Shown here: one piece after another, positions 1 through 8,633 of the stretch
Layout of the letters: every line of letters starts with the position of its first letter
Position numbering within the stretch: position 1 is the stretch's first letter
Origin: Candidatus Peribacteria bacterium
Lineage (GTDB): Bacteria; Patescibacteriota; Gracilibacteria; Peribacterales; Peribacteraceae
NCBI GenBank assembly: GCA_023245765.1
Contig: JAHFJP010000004.1
Coordinates: 375 to 64,374, forward strand
Direction: 5' to 3'
Length of the DNA: 64,000 bases
Program-made: the position numbers and the translations under genes
The notes under the pieces: model-generated
What the model was told of the DNA's origin: nothing
Seen by the model: the letters and a program-made list of their open reading frames with translations, nothing else
Database searches by the model: none

Positions 1-2
1 GG

Positions 3-119
3 CAACGTGGTGGCAGATTTCCCCTGCGGACTATCCAAGACCTGCAGCATCCCGATATTGAAGAATTGAGGAGAGTCCGCAGTTATCTGCTGCAAAAAAT
101 TGAGTCACAGTTGCAGTAG
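3..119 (+). CDS. 3' end of a CDS entering from upstream of the window (partial)
   Basis: Frame is open from the window edge to TAG 117-119. The tail ...DLQHPDIEELRRVRSYLLQKIESQLQ looks protein-like. No family recognised. Confidence 0.3.
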   Translation, partial: QRGGRFPLRTIQDLQHPDIEELRRVRSYLLQKIESQLQ

Positions 120-160
120 TCGCAACAGCTGGTCTCGTTATTCAGATCGAAGTATTGATA

Positions 161-191
161 AAAGAAAACCGCCTTTGGAGTCGGAATTCGA
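161..191. repeat. Copy 1 of a ~31-nt direct repeat (AAAGAAAACCGCCTTTGGAGTCGGAATTCGA)
   Basis: Near-identical to 1464-1495. It contains a short hairpin (CCGCC/GGCGG-like) that on the minus strand is followed by TTTTCTTT, so it looks terminator-like in that orientation. Confidence 0.75.
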
Positions 192-259
192 TGAGCAATG
201 AGAAAAATCTTGCGTAGCGTTCGGAACACTTATAGGCTGCTGCCCTTTTTCGAGCAACT

Positions 260-583
260 ATGAACTCTGCACCTCAGTGGACTCCCCCTCGCAGCAAACA
301 AGAACTTCAGGTAGCGGAGGAACTGTTTGACCAAGAGCAGCACACGCTCAAGGGTGCCATGAGCGAGGGCATGTTTGATCGCGCGAAAACATTATCCATG
401 ATGCATCGTCTCTACGATCTGGGATTCCGCGACGACTTTGATTTTTCATATTTGAGTCTCGAGAAGCTCATAGTGCTCGTCGGCATCGTGAGCGCCCGAG
501 TGGCAGAGACGATGATTCCCAATTTTGATGGGAACGGTAATCAGGATATTCGCGGCGCGATTGAGCTTTTTGAGGGTCGATAA
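260..583 (+). CDS. hypothetical protein (107 aa)
   Basis: ATG-initiated ORF immediately upstream of the 604-1320 ORF on the same strand. No motif recognised. Confidence 0.5.
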   Translation: MNSAPQWTPPRSKQELQVAEELFDQEQHTLKGAMSEGMFDRAKTLSMMHRLYDLGFRDDFDFSYLSLEKLIVLVGIVSARVAETMIPNFDGNGNQDIRGAIELFEGR

Positions 584-603
584 AAGCCTTCATCCTACCA
601 AAT

Positions 604-1320
604 ATGTCGTTCGACTGGCAAAGTCTGGAGAAGATCGGTGAGGGGACCGAACATGAGGTTTTTGTACATCCTCATGATCAATCCCGCGTGTTAAAAATTC
701 CGAGGAAAAGCTTGTTGGGAAGCAGGACCTATCGTGAGATTGTTGAAGAGCTTCGGGTTGCACGTGGTTCGTTTGGACGTTGGATCGCGGAGACAGCCAT
801 CGAAAAAGAACAGGAACACGGATATGTTATTCATCAGCGCAGGTTACATGGTCCCCATCTCAATCCTTCTGTTCTTGTTGATGGAGTGTTCGATGAGTAT
901 CAAGAGTTGCTTGCAGACCATCATGCCTTGTTCGATGCCAAAGGTATCGGCGTTGATTTCATCGGCTTGGAAGGAGCATGGAAATGCATACTTTCCCACA
1001 TGCGTTCGTACCGTTGCAGTCTGATAGATACGCTGTGCATCGCTCCATTTACACGGATGGCGTCGGGATTAGGAAGTCGCTTCCCGAATCTCCTGTGTCC
1101 ACGGAATGCGTCGGAGCTCTGGTCGAAGTCGGAATCGCTGCAGCCGGAATTGACCAACATTCTCGTTAACGGTTATGGAGGCAATTCGCGCGCACTCTCC
1201 ATTGTCGATTTCAATCCATTGATCGTCAGAGGCGTATCATTCGGTCGCATGGTGAGAGCGAGGATCGTGAATGCCGTTCAGAATTTTTTTATGGAACGCT
1301 ATTTCGTACGGAAAGTCTAA
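604..1320 (+). CDS. protein-kinase-like fold protein (atypical, possibly inactive)
   Basis: LEKIGEGTEHEVFV...VLKIPRK resembles a Gly-rich loop plus VxK lysine. NILVN...IVDFN resembles the catalytic-loop Asn and a DFG-like motif. No clear HRD Asp is present (QPELTNILV). Confidence 0.55.
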   Translation: MSFDWQSLEKIGEGTEHEVFVHPHDQSRVLKIPRKSLLGSRTYREIVEELRVARGSFGRWIAETAIEKEQEHGYVIHQRRLHGPHLNPSVLVDGVFDEYQELLADHHALFDAKGIGVDFIGLEGAWKCILSHMRSYRCSLIDTLCIAPFTRMASGLGSRFPNLLCPRNASELWSKSESLQPELTNILVNGYGGNSRALSIVDFNPLIVRGVSFGRMVRARIVNAVQNFFMERYFVRKV

Positions 1321-1463
1321 GATTCAGTGGGTTGTATTTCTGTGAGATTCGCTGACCTCAAAAATCACTTTTCGGAAATCCTGGTTTTCCTCTTCAGCAA
1401 GGCAACCCCGGATGTTCCATGGGGTCGTGGAACATCCCAAACTGACTATAGTTTTGTGACACA

Positions 1464-1495
1464 AAGAAAACCGCCCTTTGGAGGCGGAATTCGAG
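1464..1495. repeat. Copy 2 of the ~31-nt direct repeat (AAAGAAAACCGCCCTTTGGAGGCGGAATTCGA)
   Basis: Matches 161-191 with 2-3 differences. Perfect 5-bp hairpin CCGCC-CTTTGGA-GGCGG. The minus-strand reading is hairpin + TTTTCTTT. Confidence 0.75.
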
Positions 1496-1599
1496 TCCCC
1501 AGGTAGGGAACCCAGACCTTGACAGCTGACTACAGGATAGAGCCCTGAAAACGCATTGTCAAATATCTTTCACTACCCTGCGCTGTGCCGAATGTGTAT

Positions 1600-1671
1600 G
1601 GGGCCAGTCCTACGGTAGGACTCAGATCTTGACAGCTCTGAGGAGGGGTTCGACTCCCCCTGGCTCCACCA
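1600..1671 (+). ncRNA. tRNA-like element (Ala-type acceptor stem, T arm, encoded CCA), possibly the tRNA-like domain of tmRNA or a novel tRNA mimic
   Basis: 5' GGGGCCA pairs 7/7 with 3' TGGCTCC, including G3.U70, followed by A-CCA. T arm is AGGGG-TTCGACT-CCCCC. The central 37 nt form two hairpins (GTCC-TACGGTA-GGAC and TCAGA-10 nt-TCTGA) rather than D and anticodon arms. Confidence 0.45.
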
Positions 1672-1867
1672 TTCGGCTTCGTGCGCCTTCGGTGACACTA
1701 CGCCGAAATTGCCCATGAAAAAATTGAGCTTAAGCCGAATGCCGCGGCGTAGTCCGCAGACGGAGCCGGGCACTTCGGCGCGCCAAAACGACAATTGCAT
1801 CCCCAAGCCCTTTTCCCTACACTCTCCCAGCTTTTGAGGATGCCTTGCATCCTATTCCCTTTGATCT

Positions 1868-3964
1868 ATGGACTTAAAAAACGTACGCAACTTCGGAATC
1901 ATTGCCCACATCGATGCGGGAAAGACGACGACGTCCGAGCGCATTCTCTTCTACACCGGCCGCGTCCATAAGATCGGCGAAGTGCATGAGGGCGAAGCGA
2001 CCATGGACTGGATGGAACAGGAACAGGAACGCGGCATCACCATCACGGCCGCTGCCACACAGTGCCAGTGGAAGGCTCCGATGCCCGACGGCAATGTGGT
2101 CGAGGCCACGCTCAACCTGATCGATACTCCGGGGCACGTGGACTTCACGGCCGAAGTCGAACGCTCTCTTCGCGTTCTCGACGGGGGAGTCGTGGTCTTC
2201 GATGGATCCCAGGGGGTTGAGCCGCAGAGCGAAACGGTCTGGCGACAAGCGGATAAGTACGGCGTTCCGCGTCTCGCGTTCGTCAACAAAATGGACAAGA
2301 CCGGTGGCGACTTCTTCATGACGCTCGGCAGTATCTTCGACCGTCTCAGCAAGAACGCGGTGGCCATCCAGCTCCCCATCGGGGCCGAGAGTGAGTTTAG
2401 CGGCATCGTCGATCTCGTCGGTAAAAAGGCTTACACCTTCGAAGGCAAGAACGGCGAAATCCGCAAGGAGATCCCGATTCCCGAGGAGATGCAGAATCAG
2501 ATCACCGAGTACCGCATGACACTCATGGAGAAGGTCGCGGAGAACAGCAATAACGAACTCATGGACAAGTTCCTGGAGAACGGCGCCCTCACGGACGAAG
2601 AACTCCGCAGGGGGATCCGGATCGCGACGGTCGCGAACAAAATCTACCCGGTCGTCTGCGGTTCCTCGCTCCAGAACATGGGCGTGCAGCTCGTGCTCGA
2701 TGCCGTCGTCGCCTACCTGCCGTGTCCGCTCGATATTCCGCCCGTACAGGGAACCAATCCGAAGGAAGAAAAAGAGGAGCGCAAAGCGAGCAATGACGAG
2801 CCCATGGCCGCCATCGCCTTCAAAATCGCCACGGACCCGTTCGTGGGCCGCCTCACCTTCATCCGCGTGTATTCCGGCGTGCTCAAGTCCGGAACGGCGG
2901 TGACCAATTCCCGCACCGGCAAGGGTGAACGCATTGGACGCATCGTGCGTTTGCATGCCAACCACCGTCAGGAAATCGATAAGATCGAAGCAGGGGATAT
3001 CGGCGCCGTCATCGGCCTCAAAGACACGCGCACGGGCGATACCATTTGCGATGACGCGCACCCCATCAAGCTCGAATCGATCACCTTCGCCGAGCCGGTG
3101 ATCTCGCTCGCGGTCGAGCCCAAAACCAAGGCCGATCAGGAGAAGATGGGTGTGGCTCTCCAGAAGCTCACCGAAGAAGATCCGACCCTCCGCGTGCGGT
3201 CCGATGAAGAAACCGGTCAGACCATTCTCTCGGGCATGGGCGAACTGCACCTCGATATCATCGTCGATCGCATGAAGCGCGAGTTCAAAGTCGAAACGAA
3301 CGTCGGTAAGCCGCAGGTCGCGTATCGTGAGACGATCCAGAAGAAGATCGAACACGAAGAGAAGTACATCAAGCAGTCCGGTGGTCGCGGTCAGTACGGT
3401 CACGTGGTGTTCACCCTGGAACCGCAGGAGCCTGGCAAAGGCTACGAATTCGTCGACGAGATCGTCTCCGGCCGCATCCCCCGCGAATTCATCAAGCCGT
3501 GCGACCAGGGTTTCCAGGAGGGCATGAGTCGCGGCATCCTCGCTGGCTACCCCGTGGTCGACGTGAAAGTGACGCTCACGGACGGTTCCTACCACGACGT
3601 CGACTCCAACGAATTCGCCTTCAAAATGTGCGCTTCCATCGGTCTGCAGGCTGCCGCACGCAAAGCCGATCCCGTGATCCTCGAACCGGTCATGAAGGTC
3701 GAAGTCGTGTGTCCCGAGAACTTCTTCGGCGACATCATGGGCGATATCAATGCCCGACGCGGTCTCGTACTCGACACCTCCGACCGCGGCATGGCCAAGG
3801 TCGTCTCGGCCCACGTGCCGCTGAGTGAAATGTTCGGCTACGCCACCGATATGCGCAGCATGACCCAGGGCCGCGCGAGCTACTCGATGGAGCCGAGCCA
3901 CTACGCCAAAGTGCCGAAGAACAAGGCAGATGAAGTTATAGCTGCACGGGCTGGAGGAAAGTAA
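1868..3964 (+). CDS. fusA: translation elongation factor G
   Basis: 698 aa. [40 protein letters not shown] and the full EF-G domain order are recognisable. Confidence 0.97.
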   Translation: MDLKNVRNFGIIAHIDAGKTTTSERILFYTGRVHKIGEVHEGEATMDWMEQEQERGITITAAATQCQWKAPMPDGNVVEATLNLIDTPGHVDFTAEVERSLRVLDGGVVVFDGSQGVEPQSETVWRQADKYGVPRLAFVNKMDKTGGDFFMTLGSIFDRLSKNAVAIQLPIGAESEFSGIVDLVGKKAYTFEGKNGEIRKEIPIPEEMQNQITEYRMTLMEKVAENSNNELMDKFLENGALTDEELRRGIRIATVANKIYPVVCGSSLQNMGVQLVLDAVVAYLPCPLDIPPVQGTNPKEEKEERKASNDEPMAAIAFKIATDPFVGRLTFIRVYSGVLKSGTAVTNSRTGKGERIGRIVRLHANHRQEIDKIEAGDIGAVIGLKDTRTGDTICDDAHPIKLESITFAEPVISLAVEPKTKADQEKMGVALQKLTEEDPTLRVRSDEETGQTILSGMGELHLDIIVDRMKREFKVETNVGKPQVAYRETIQKKIEHEEKYIKQSGGRGQYGHVVFTLEPQEPGKGYEFVDEIVSGRIPREFIKPCDQGFQEGMSRGILAGYPVVDVKVTLTDGSYHDVDSNEFAFKMCASIGLQAAARKADPVILEPVMKVEVVCPENFFGDIMGDINARRGLVLDTSDRGMAKVVSAHVPLSEMFGYATDMRSMTQGRASYSMEPSHYAKVPKNKADEVIAARAGGK

Positions 3965-4052
3965 TACTGTCATCCCGAGTAGCTCACGGCGGAGCCGGGA
4001 GCGTACGAGGGAGCAGCGCGGGCGGGCGGCAAGTAAGAGGCTTGCTCTGCGT

Positions 4053-5768
4053 CTACGCGACAGTGGAGGGTTGTTCTGTCGGCGGCGTGGGGGCAGAGGA
4101 TTCACGTCGGCTGATTTCCTTATTTTTGTCGAGTATTTGTGCTTCCACGACAGCACGATCGACCATGCGCAAGGCTTTGGCCTGGCGTTGCTCGACGGTG
4201 TGACTGCAGCGAATGAGAATCTTCTCGACCACGTATCCTTTGGGTACGGGCATGCGCATGGAACCAATACCCTGGCGAATGAGCAGGATCATCTGTGATC
4301 GCACTGTCTCGTTGTGTCTGTGCAAGTACCGTCCCAGTTCCTGGCAAAAACTCTTCAGCAATTCTAAGTACTCTTTTTCGAATTGAGCAAAGCCCTGATC
4401 TCGCAATGATCTATAACGATTCGCGTCTCCTTTTGCTGCTTTGGCATAACTTTCCTGCGCCTCCATTTCCTTGCAGTACAGTCTGCGGATCCACAGGGGA
4501 AACTGTTCGAGGACAGGAGCTGCGTGTTCCCGTGCAGTACTCTGTTGAATCTGCTGATATGCACGTGTCCATGGTTGCAAGAATTCGGAGTCGCCATCTG
4601 CCGGGACTTCCGCGATCTTTCCGAGTGCACCCAGTGTGTGTTCAAACTGCCCGCGGAAGACAGCAACATATGCCTGTGCGGCGGCCTTCGGGTCGAATGT
4701 GGCGATTTCCCGCCGTTTGTCTTCCAATTCGTTCAGACGATTTTGCAATCGTCGGTTGCTGGTGGCTTCGTCTTTCCTTGCATCGGCTAATTCCTGTTTG
4801 CGCTGCTGCGCAATTCTGCTGTCCGCATGTTTGGAAACCTTCTGTCCGGACTTTCCGACGCGGACTTTGATTTCGCCGTTGCCCATTGTGCCTTGCGGTT
4901 CCACGATTTGTGCTAGTGACCCGACACGTCTTTTCGCTTGTTCAAGGTCTTCTTGGGCTCTCCGGCAACTATCGAGCAGTGCGCGAATGTCATCCTCGAG
5001 AGATTGCCTTTCGCTTGCCCCGGGTTGGTCCAGGTATGTACTCAGCTCCTCCAATTGTTGGGCAAGTGTCTGCAGGTGTGGTTGGGCACGATCAAAGAAT
5101 TTTGCATTCTGAAAGAGCAGCAGCGGAGCCGTTCTGCTGGTGGAGTCCAGTACAAAAATCTTGATATCGTCGATGCACTTGGCGAGCTTTTCCCGTGCCT
5201 CAATGCGTAGACGAGATGGCAGTTCTTTCTTTTGCCAGCGAAGCTTCAGTTCGTACAAGAAGTTCATGAAGATGCCCCATCTGCCTTGCGGCCCGTCCAA
5301 ATCGTCGGGAATCGACCGAATGTTTTCCACGTGCGCAAAGAAATTCCGCACATCTTCGGGCGTCGCTCGCTCCATAAAAAATCCGTACAGCGACGTCGTT
5401 TCTTGATTAAGAGCAAATAATTTTGCCAGACGTGCTTTTGCGTCAGACGCTTCCCCTGTGGGAATGCCTTCTTTCATCTCATCGAACATCGTTTCAAAAA
5501 GCGCCATATTCGCTTTTTGGGCTTTGTCTTCAATCTTCGGAGGCAAGGTGACATCAGGAAGTTCCACCTCGAGTGCGAGTGCACGTGCTTTCTCCCGGAT
5601 TTCCCCTATGCGTTCTCCAATCATCCGTATCATGTCGGAGCAACGTTCTTCCTGCATTGCTGTCTCTCTTCCGAGTTCTTCGCGGAGAAGATCATTCGTC
5701 CTTCCACTCATTTCATGTTCAATAGTCGGAGAGACAGCCGGCAGGGGCTGGATTTCTACGGACAACAT
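4053..5768 (-). CDS. hypothetical protein, 571 aa, charged and helical (coiled-coil-like by eye)
   Basis: Long ORF convergent with fusA. GC is lower than in neighbouring genes. Competing ORFs are short. No family recognised. Confidence 0.7.
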   Translation of the reverse strand: MLSVEIQPLPAVSPTIEHEMSGRTNDLLREELGRETAMQEERCSDMIRMIGERIGEIREKARALALEVELPDVTLPPKIEDKAQKANMALFETMFDEMKEGIPTGEASDAKARLAKLFALNQETTSLYGFFMERATPEDVRNFFAHVENIRSIPDDLDGPQGRWGIFMNFLYELKLRWQKKELPSRLRIEAREKLAKCIDDIKIFVLDSTSRTAPLLLFQNAKFFDRAQPHLQTLAQQLEELSTYLDQPGASERQSLEDDIRALLDSCRRAQEDLEQAKRRVGSLAQIVEPQGTMGNGEIKVRVGKSGQKVSKHADSRIAQQRKQELADARKDEATSNRRLQNRLNELEDKRREIATFDPKAAAQAYVAVFRGQFEHTLGALGKIAEVPADGDSEFLQPWTRAYQQIQQSTAREHAAPVLEQFPLWIRRLYCKEMEAQESYAKAAKGDANRYRSLRDQGFAQFEKEYLELLKSFCQELGRYLHRHNETVRSQMILLIRQGIGSMRMPVPKGYVVEKILIRCSHTVEQRQAKALRMVDRAVVEAQILDKNKEISRRESSAPTPPTEQPSTVA

Positions 5769-5851
5769 AATAATAAAATAAGATATTTTTCTAATTTAGT
5801 CAATAATTTGCAACAGACAGACGAATCCGCTCGTACCAGTGTGATAAAACA

Positions 5852-5880
5852 TTGACCCACCTTCGCTCGGTGTGTATATT
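5852..5880 (+). promoter_or_regulatory. sigma-70-like promoter candidate (TTGACC-17 nt-TATATT)
   Basis: -35 at 5852-5857 and -10 at 5875-5880, with a 17-nt spacer, in an AT-rich divergent intergenic region about 50 nt upstream of ATG 5932. Confidence 0.35.
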
Positions 5881-5931
5881 CAGTAGCCGCACGGCCGAGC
5901 TTCGGCGGGCAGGCATTTTTCCCCCGAAACG

Positions 5932-6135
5932 ATGAGCAGCAATTTTGCATCTATGGATCACTTCGATGGTATGGCCTGGGGCAGAGAATCGGCTGCAATC
6001 ATCCTGGATCGCGTCGGAAATGATCCCGCCAGAGCGCAGGCTGAGCTGCATAACTTGTCCCACGGCTTCGGAAAAGACGGAGAGTTCGCAAATGAAATGT
6101 CTCTTCTCTTGAGCCGAGTTATCAATCAACATTAG
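5932..6135 (+). CDS. small hypothetical protein (67 aa)
   Basis: ORF ends 4 nt before the YerC-like gene start, suggesting cotranscription. An antisense 120-aa ORF (5800-6162) competes with it. Confidence 0.4.
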   Translation: MSSNFASMDHFDGMAWGRESAAIILDRVGNDPARAQAELHNLSHGFGKDGEFANEMSLLLSRVINQH

Positions 6136-6139
6136 GACT

Positions 6140-6541
6140 ATGCCCACCCGCAAACGCTTCACCGAAGACAGTTACAAGAAGGAACCGTGGTTTCGTTCCC
6201 TGTGTCAGGCACTTCTTGGGTGCAAGAACGAAGAGGAAATGGGCAACTTCCTGCGTGATGTTGGGACTCTCAGTGAGCTCCAAGCCTGGGGTGAGCGTCT
6301 CGAGGTTGCCCGGCAGCTGAGTAAAGGCCTGAGTTACCGCGAAGTTGCACGCCTAACAGGTGCAAGCACGACGACCGTTACAAGAGTGGCCAAATTCATC
6401 GAAAACGGCCCCGGAGGTTATCGAAAGACACTCAACGTCCACCGGCATCATCGGATGCTCCATGCCCCCCAGGAGGCCAGTAAAGACCAACACAAAGCGG
6501 CAGCATCGGTCCTCCAGAAGTATCTGGACAAGAAGGCCTGA
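6140..6541 (+). CDS. TrpR-related YerC/YecD family DNA-binding protein
   Basis: LSELQAWGERLEVARQLSKGLSYREVARLTGASTTTVTRVAKFIENGPGGYR matches the YerC/YecD (Trp-repressor-like) HTH pattern. Confidence 0.8.
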   Translation: MPTRKRFTEDSYKKEPWFRSLCQALLGCKNEEEMGNFLRDVGTLSELQAWGERLEVARQLSKGLSYREVARLTGASTTTVTRVAKFIENGPGGYRKTLNVHRHHRMLHAPQEASKDQHKAAASVLQKYLDKKA

Positions 6542-6806
6542 GGGGCCTGTTTATGAGCTTTGACGGATAACCCCGACCGGCATTGTGCGCTGCCAGTTCG
6601 TCATCTTCTGGGCGAGCCAGATAAAGGGTTTCACAGTGGCGCTGTTGCGGCGGAAGCGGCCGTAATGGAGTGTCCGCTGCCAGGTGCGTGGTGAGAGCAG
6701 TGGTGTGGGAGGAGTGCGTTGCATGCCCTGTAGACGCGGCAATCGATCGATACTTACAGAATTACCCGGTCTTTCACTCCCCTCTCTGTATTACTGTGTT
6801 AATACA

Positions 6807-6835
6807 TTGACATCGTAACAGTAGGGGATTATCCT
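6807..6835 (+). promoter_or_regulatory. sigma-70-like promoter candidate (TTGACA-17 nt-TATCCT)
   Basis: Perfect -35 at 6807-6812, a 17-nt spacer, and a weak -10 at 6830-6835. It lies about 130 nt upstream of the 6965-6990 terminator. Confidence 0.3.
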
Positions 6836-6964
6836 GCCCCCGTGTTCAGAACTTTCACGAGTCACCGGCATGCCCATCATCACTCCCACGCAGGTGAGGA
6901 GAGGATGGCGTCGGCTGAACTCCAGTTCTGAATTGTATTGAGCCCTACTGGAAGCCGAAATCAT

Positions 6965-6990
6965 TCCCTCCACACTGGAGGGATTTTTTT
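6965..6990 (+). terminator. Rho-independent terminator
   Basis: 8-bp stem TCCCTCCA/TGGAGGGA with a 3-nt loop, followed by T7 (6984-6990). Confidence 0.6.
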
Positions 6991-7052
6991 GGCTCTTTTA
7001 CATCATCGTGGATCAACTTTTCTAACCTATTTATTTCTTTCTTCCCTTCACA

Positions 7053-7802
7053 ATGGATTCTGAATCTTTCAGACCTCGATCGGGTAGCGATGAGGCCGCA
7101 CTAGAAGAATACATACTTGAACTCATCAACAAACTTTCTCCCGAAGATAAACCAATGGCTCTGAGAGCTCTTACTCGTTACGAGCGCGAAGGAGCGGAAA
7201 GCACCTACAGCACCGAACCCCAGTCACTTATCCAACTCATCGATGATTTGCGTCTCCTTCGAAACGCTAACTGGGTTGGGGACTTGGGTGCGGGTCCCGG
7301 TGATGTCGTGGGTGCATTGGCAGATAAATACCCCCAACTTCAGGTTACTGGCATTGATATCAGTCCGACGTTCGTGGCGAAATTTAATCGCAACAAAAAA
7401 CGACAGAATGCTGGAATGGCAGTCGGGTTGATCGATCAGCCTCTCTCGATTGGTGCGGATAATCGAACAGCCGCCATCTCCGTCCTGACGCTTGATCGTC
7501 TGGTGAATCCCAAAATGCTTATCGACAACATGGCGAAATTCAATGCCGCAAAAATTCTTGCCACTCTTTTACCCATTGTGGCTGAAGATGATAATCCCAG
7601 TCTCCAGGGCACAAAAAACATCTACACAGCTCCCGAGAAGCGCGTTGTTCCCGGCAAGAATGCGCGTGATGATCGCCAAGAGCTTTGGAAGCTTCTGCAG
7701 CGCAGTTGGAACAGCCCGGTTGAATTTGCCACTGTTCCGTACGTGGTATCGAGCTCTGGTGACCGTCAGGAATATGAACTCGGTGTCTTTTTTACTTCTT
7801 AA
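7053..7802 (+). CDS. class I SAM-dependent methyltransferase
   Basis: VGDLGAGPGDVVGALADKYPQLQVTGIDISP is SAM-binding motif I plus the acidic post-I residue. Confidence 0.8.
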   Translation: MDSESFRPRSGSDEAALEEYILELINKLSPEDKPMALRALTRYEREGAESTYSTEPQSLIQLIDDLRLLRNANWVGDLGAGPGDVVGALADKYPQLQVTGIDISPTFVAKFNRNKKRQNAGMAVGLIDQPLSIGADNRTAAISVLTLDRLVNPKMLIDNMAKFNAAKILATLLPIVAEDDNPSLQGTKNIYTAPEKRVVPGKNARDDRQELWKLLQRSWNSPVEFATVPYVVSSSGDRQEYELGVFFTS

Positions 7803-7814
7803 CTTTTTCATCCC

Positions 7815-8609
7815 ATGAAAACGCAACAACTCGATCAAGTCTTTCGCATTCTGAGTCCTCGATACAGCGAAGAATTCTTCGCGGAAAATACATCGAAGCT
7901 CGGCGAAGAACTCAGCCGCGAAGGCATCCTGGTTCTCAATGATTTTCTCTCCCCGCGGGCCATCAAAGAACTCCAGGCGGAGGCCGCGGCGCTCAAGCCA
8001 GACGCATTCCGCAGCTCGTCCGCGTATAACCTGTACATCCTCCCCACAGATCCGAATTTCCCCGACGATTCGCCGCGTAACCGCAAATTCAAGACGACCA
8101 AAGGCTGCATTCCGGATGACAAGATTCCCCGCAGCTCCGCTCTGCGGACGCTCTACGATTCCCCCGCGTTCCGCAGCTTTCTCTGCAAGCTCCTCAAGCT
8201 GCAGGTGCTCTATCCCTACGCCGACGCGCTCTCAAGCATCAACATCAACTACTACGATCCAGGCGACGCGCTCGAATGGCACTTCGACAACGCCGACTTC
8301 GCCATCACGCTCCTCGTGAAGAAGCCGACAAAGGGCGGTGACTACGAATACTTCACCGACATGCGCTACGACGATGATGGCGACGAGAATTACGAGCTTG
8401 TCCGCCAGTGTATCGATGGCGAAGTCCCCCCGCAGCGCAAGTCCCTCGATGAAGGCGGACTCATGCTCTTCCGCGGCAACAAGTCACTGCACAGAGTGAC
8501 GCCCGTCGAAGCCGGCGAACGGATCCTCATCACACTCAACTTCAATACCAAGCCCGGTATCGCGCTCTCCGAAAAGTCCCGGCAGACATTCTTCGGGAGG
8601 ACGACATAA
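7815..8609 (+). CDS. Fe(II)/2-oxoglutarate-dependent oxygenase (HxD type)
   Basis: LEWHFDNADFAITLL (HxD), a distal His in NKSLHRVTPV, and a following Arg. Overall similarity by eye to ArpA/BesD-family free-amino-acid hydroxylases. Confidence 0.75.
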   Translation: MKTQQLDQVFRILSPRYSEEFFAENTSKLGEELSREGILVLNDFLSPRAIKELQAEAAALKPDAFRSSSAYNLYILPTDPNFPDDSPRNRKFKTTKGCIPDDKIPRSSALRTLYDSPAFRSFLCKLLKLQVLYPYADALSSININYYDPGDALEWHFDNADFAITLLVKKPTKGGDYEYFTDMRYDDDGDENYELVRQCIDGEVPPQRKSLDEGGLMLFRGNKSLHRVTPVEAGERILITLNFNTKPGIALSEKSRQTFFGRTT

Positions 8610-8633
8610 GTATTTTTATTCACCAAACTTTTT

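Noticed and set aside
1320-1671. Full-length standard tmRNA (ssrA) call
   Set aside because: The only 5' strand that pairs with the 3' acceptor strand with G3.U70 is 72 nt upstream of the CCA. GGGGTCG at 1422 lies in the loop of a perfect 10-bp hairpin. I found no resume codon or Ala-rich tag ORF. I kept only a tRNA-like element call.
1761-1767. Permuted (two-piece) tmRNA with the 5' acceptor strand GGAGCCG downstream of the CCA
   Set aside because: Pairing would give A3-U70 instead of the G3.U70 needed for alanylation, and no tag ORF follows.
1874-4267. 797-aa minus-strand ORF antisense to fusA. Similar long antisense ORFs occur at 11939-13918, 20833-23031, 25025-26242, 37135-38343, 43718-44851, 50564-51901, 53537-54526, 56647-57669, 17097-17915, 32352-33548 and 48891-49793.
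   Set aside because: Each lies opposite a confidently recognised conserved gene and has Arg/Ala/Gly/Pro-rich, low-complexity translations. This is typical of stop-poor antisense frames in GC-rich DNA. No motifs were recognised.
5800-6162. 120-aa minus-strand ORF
   Set aside because: It spans the AT-rich divergent promoter region and overlaps the plus-strand small ORF that is coupled to the YerC-like gene. Composition is unconvincing.
6551-6973. Minus-strand ORFs of 63 and 60 aa in the 510-nt spacer after the YerC-like gene
   Set aside because: They are short, Arg/Pro/Trp-rich, with no start context. The region is better explained as non-coding (promoter-like element, structured segment, plus-strand terminator).
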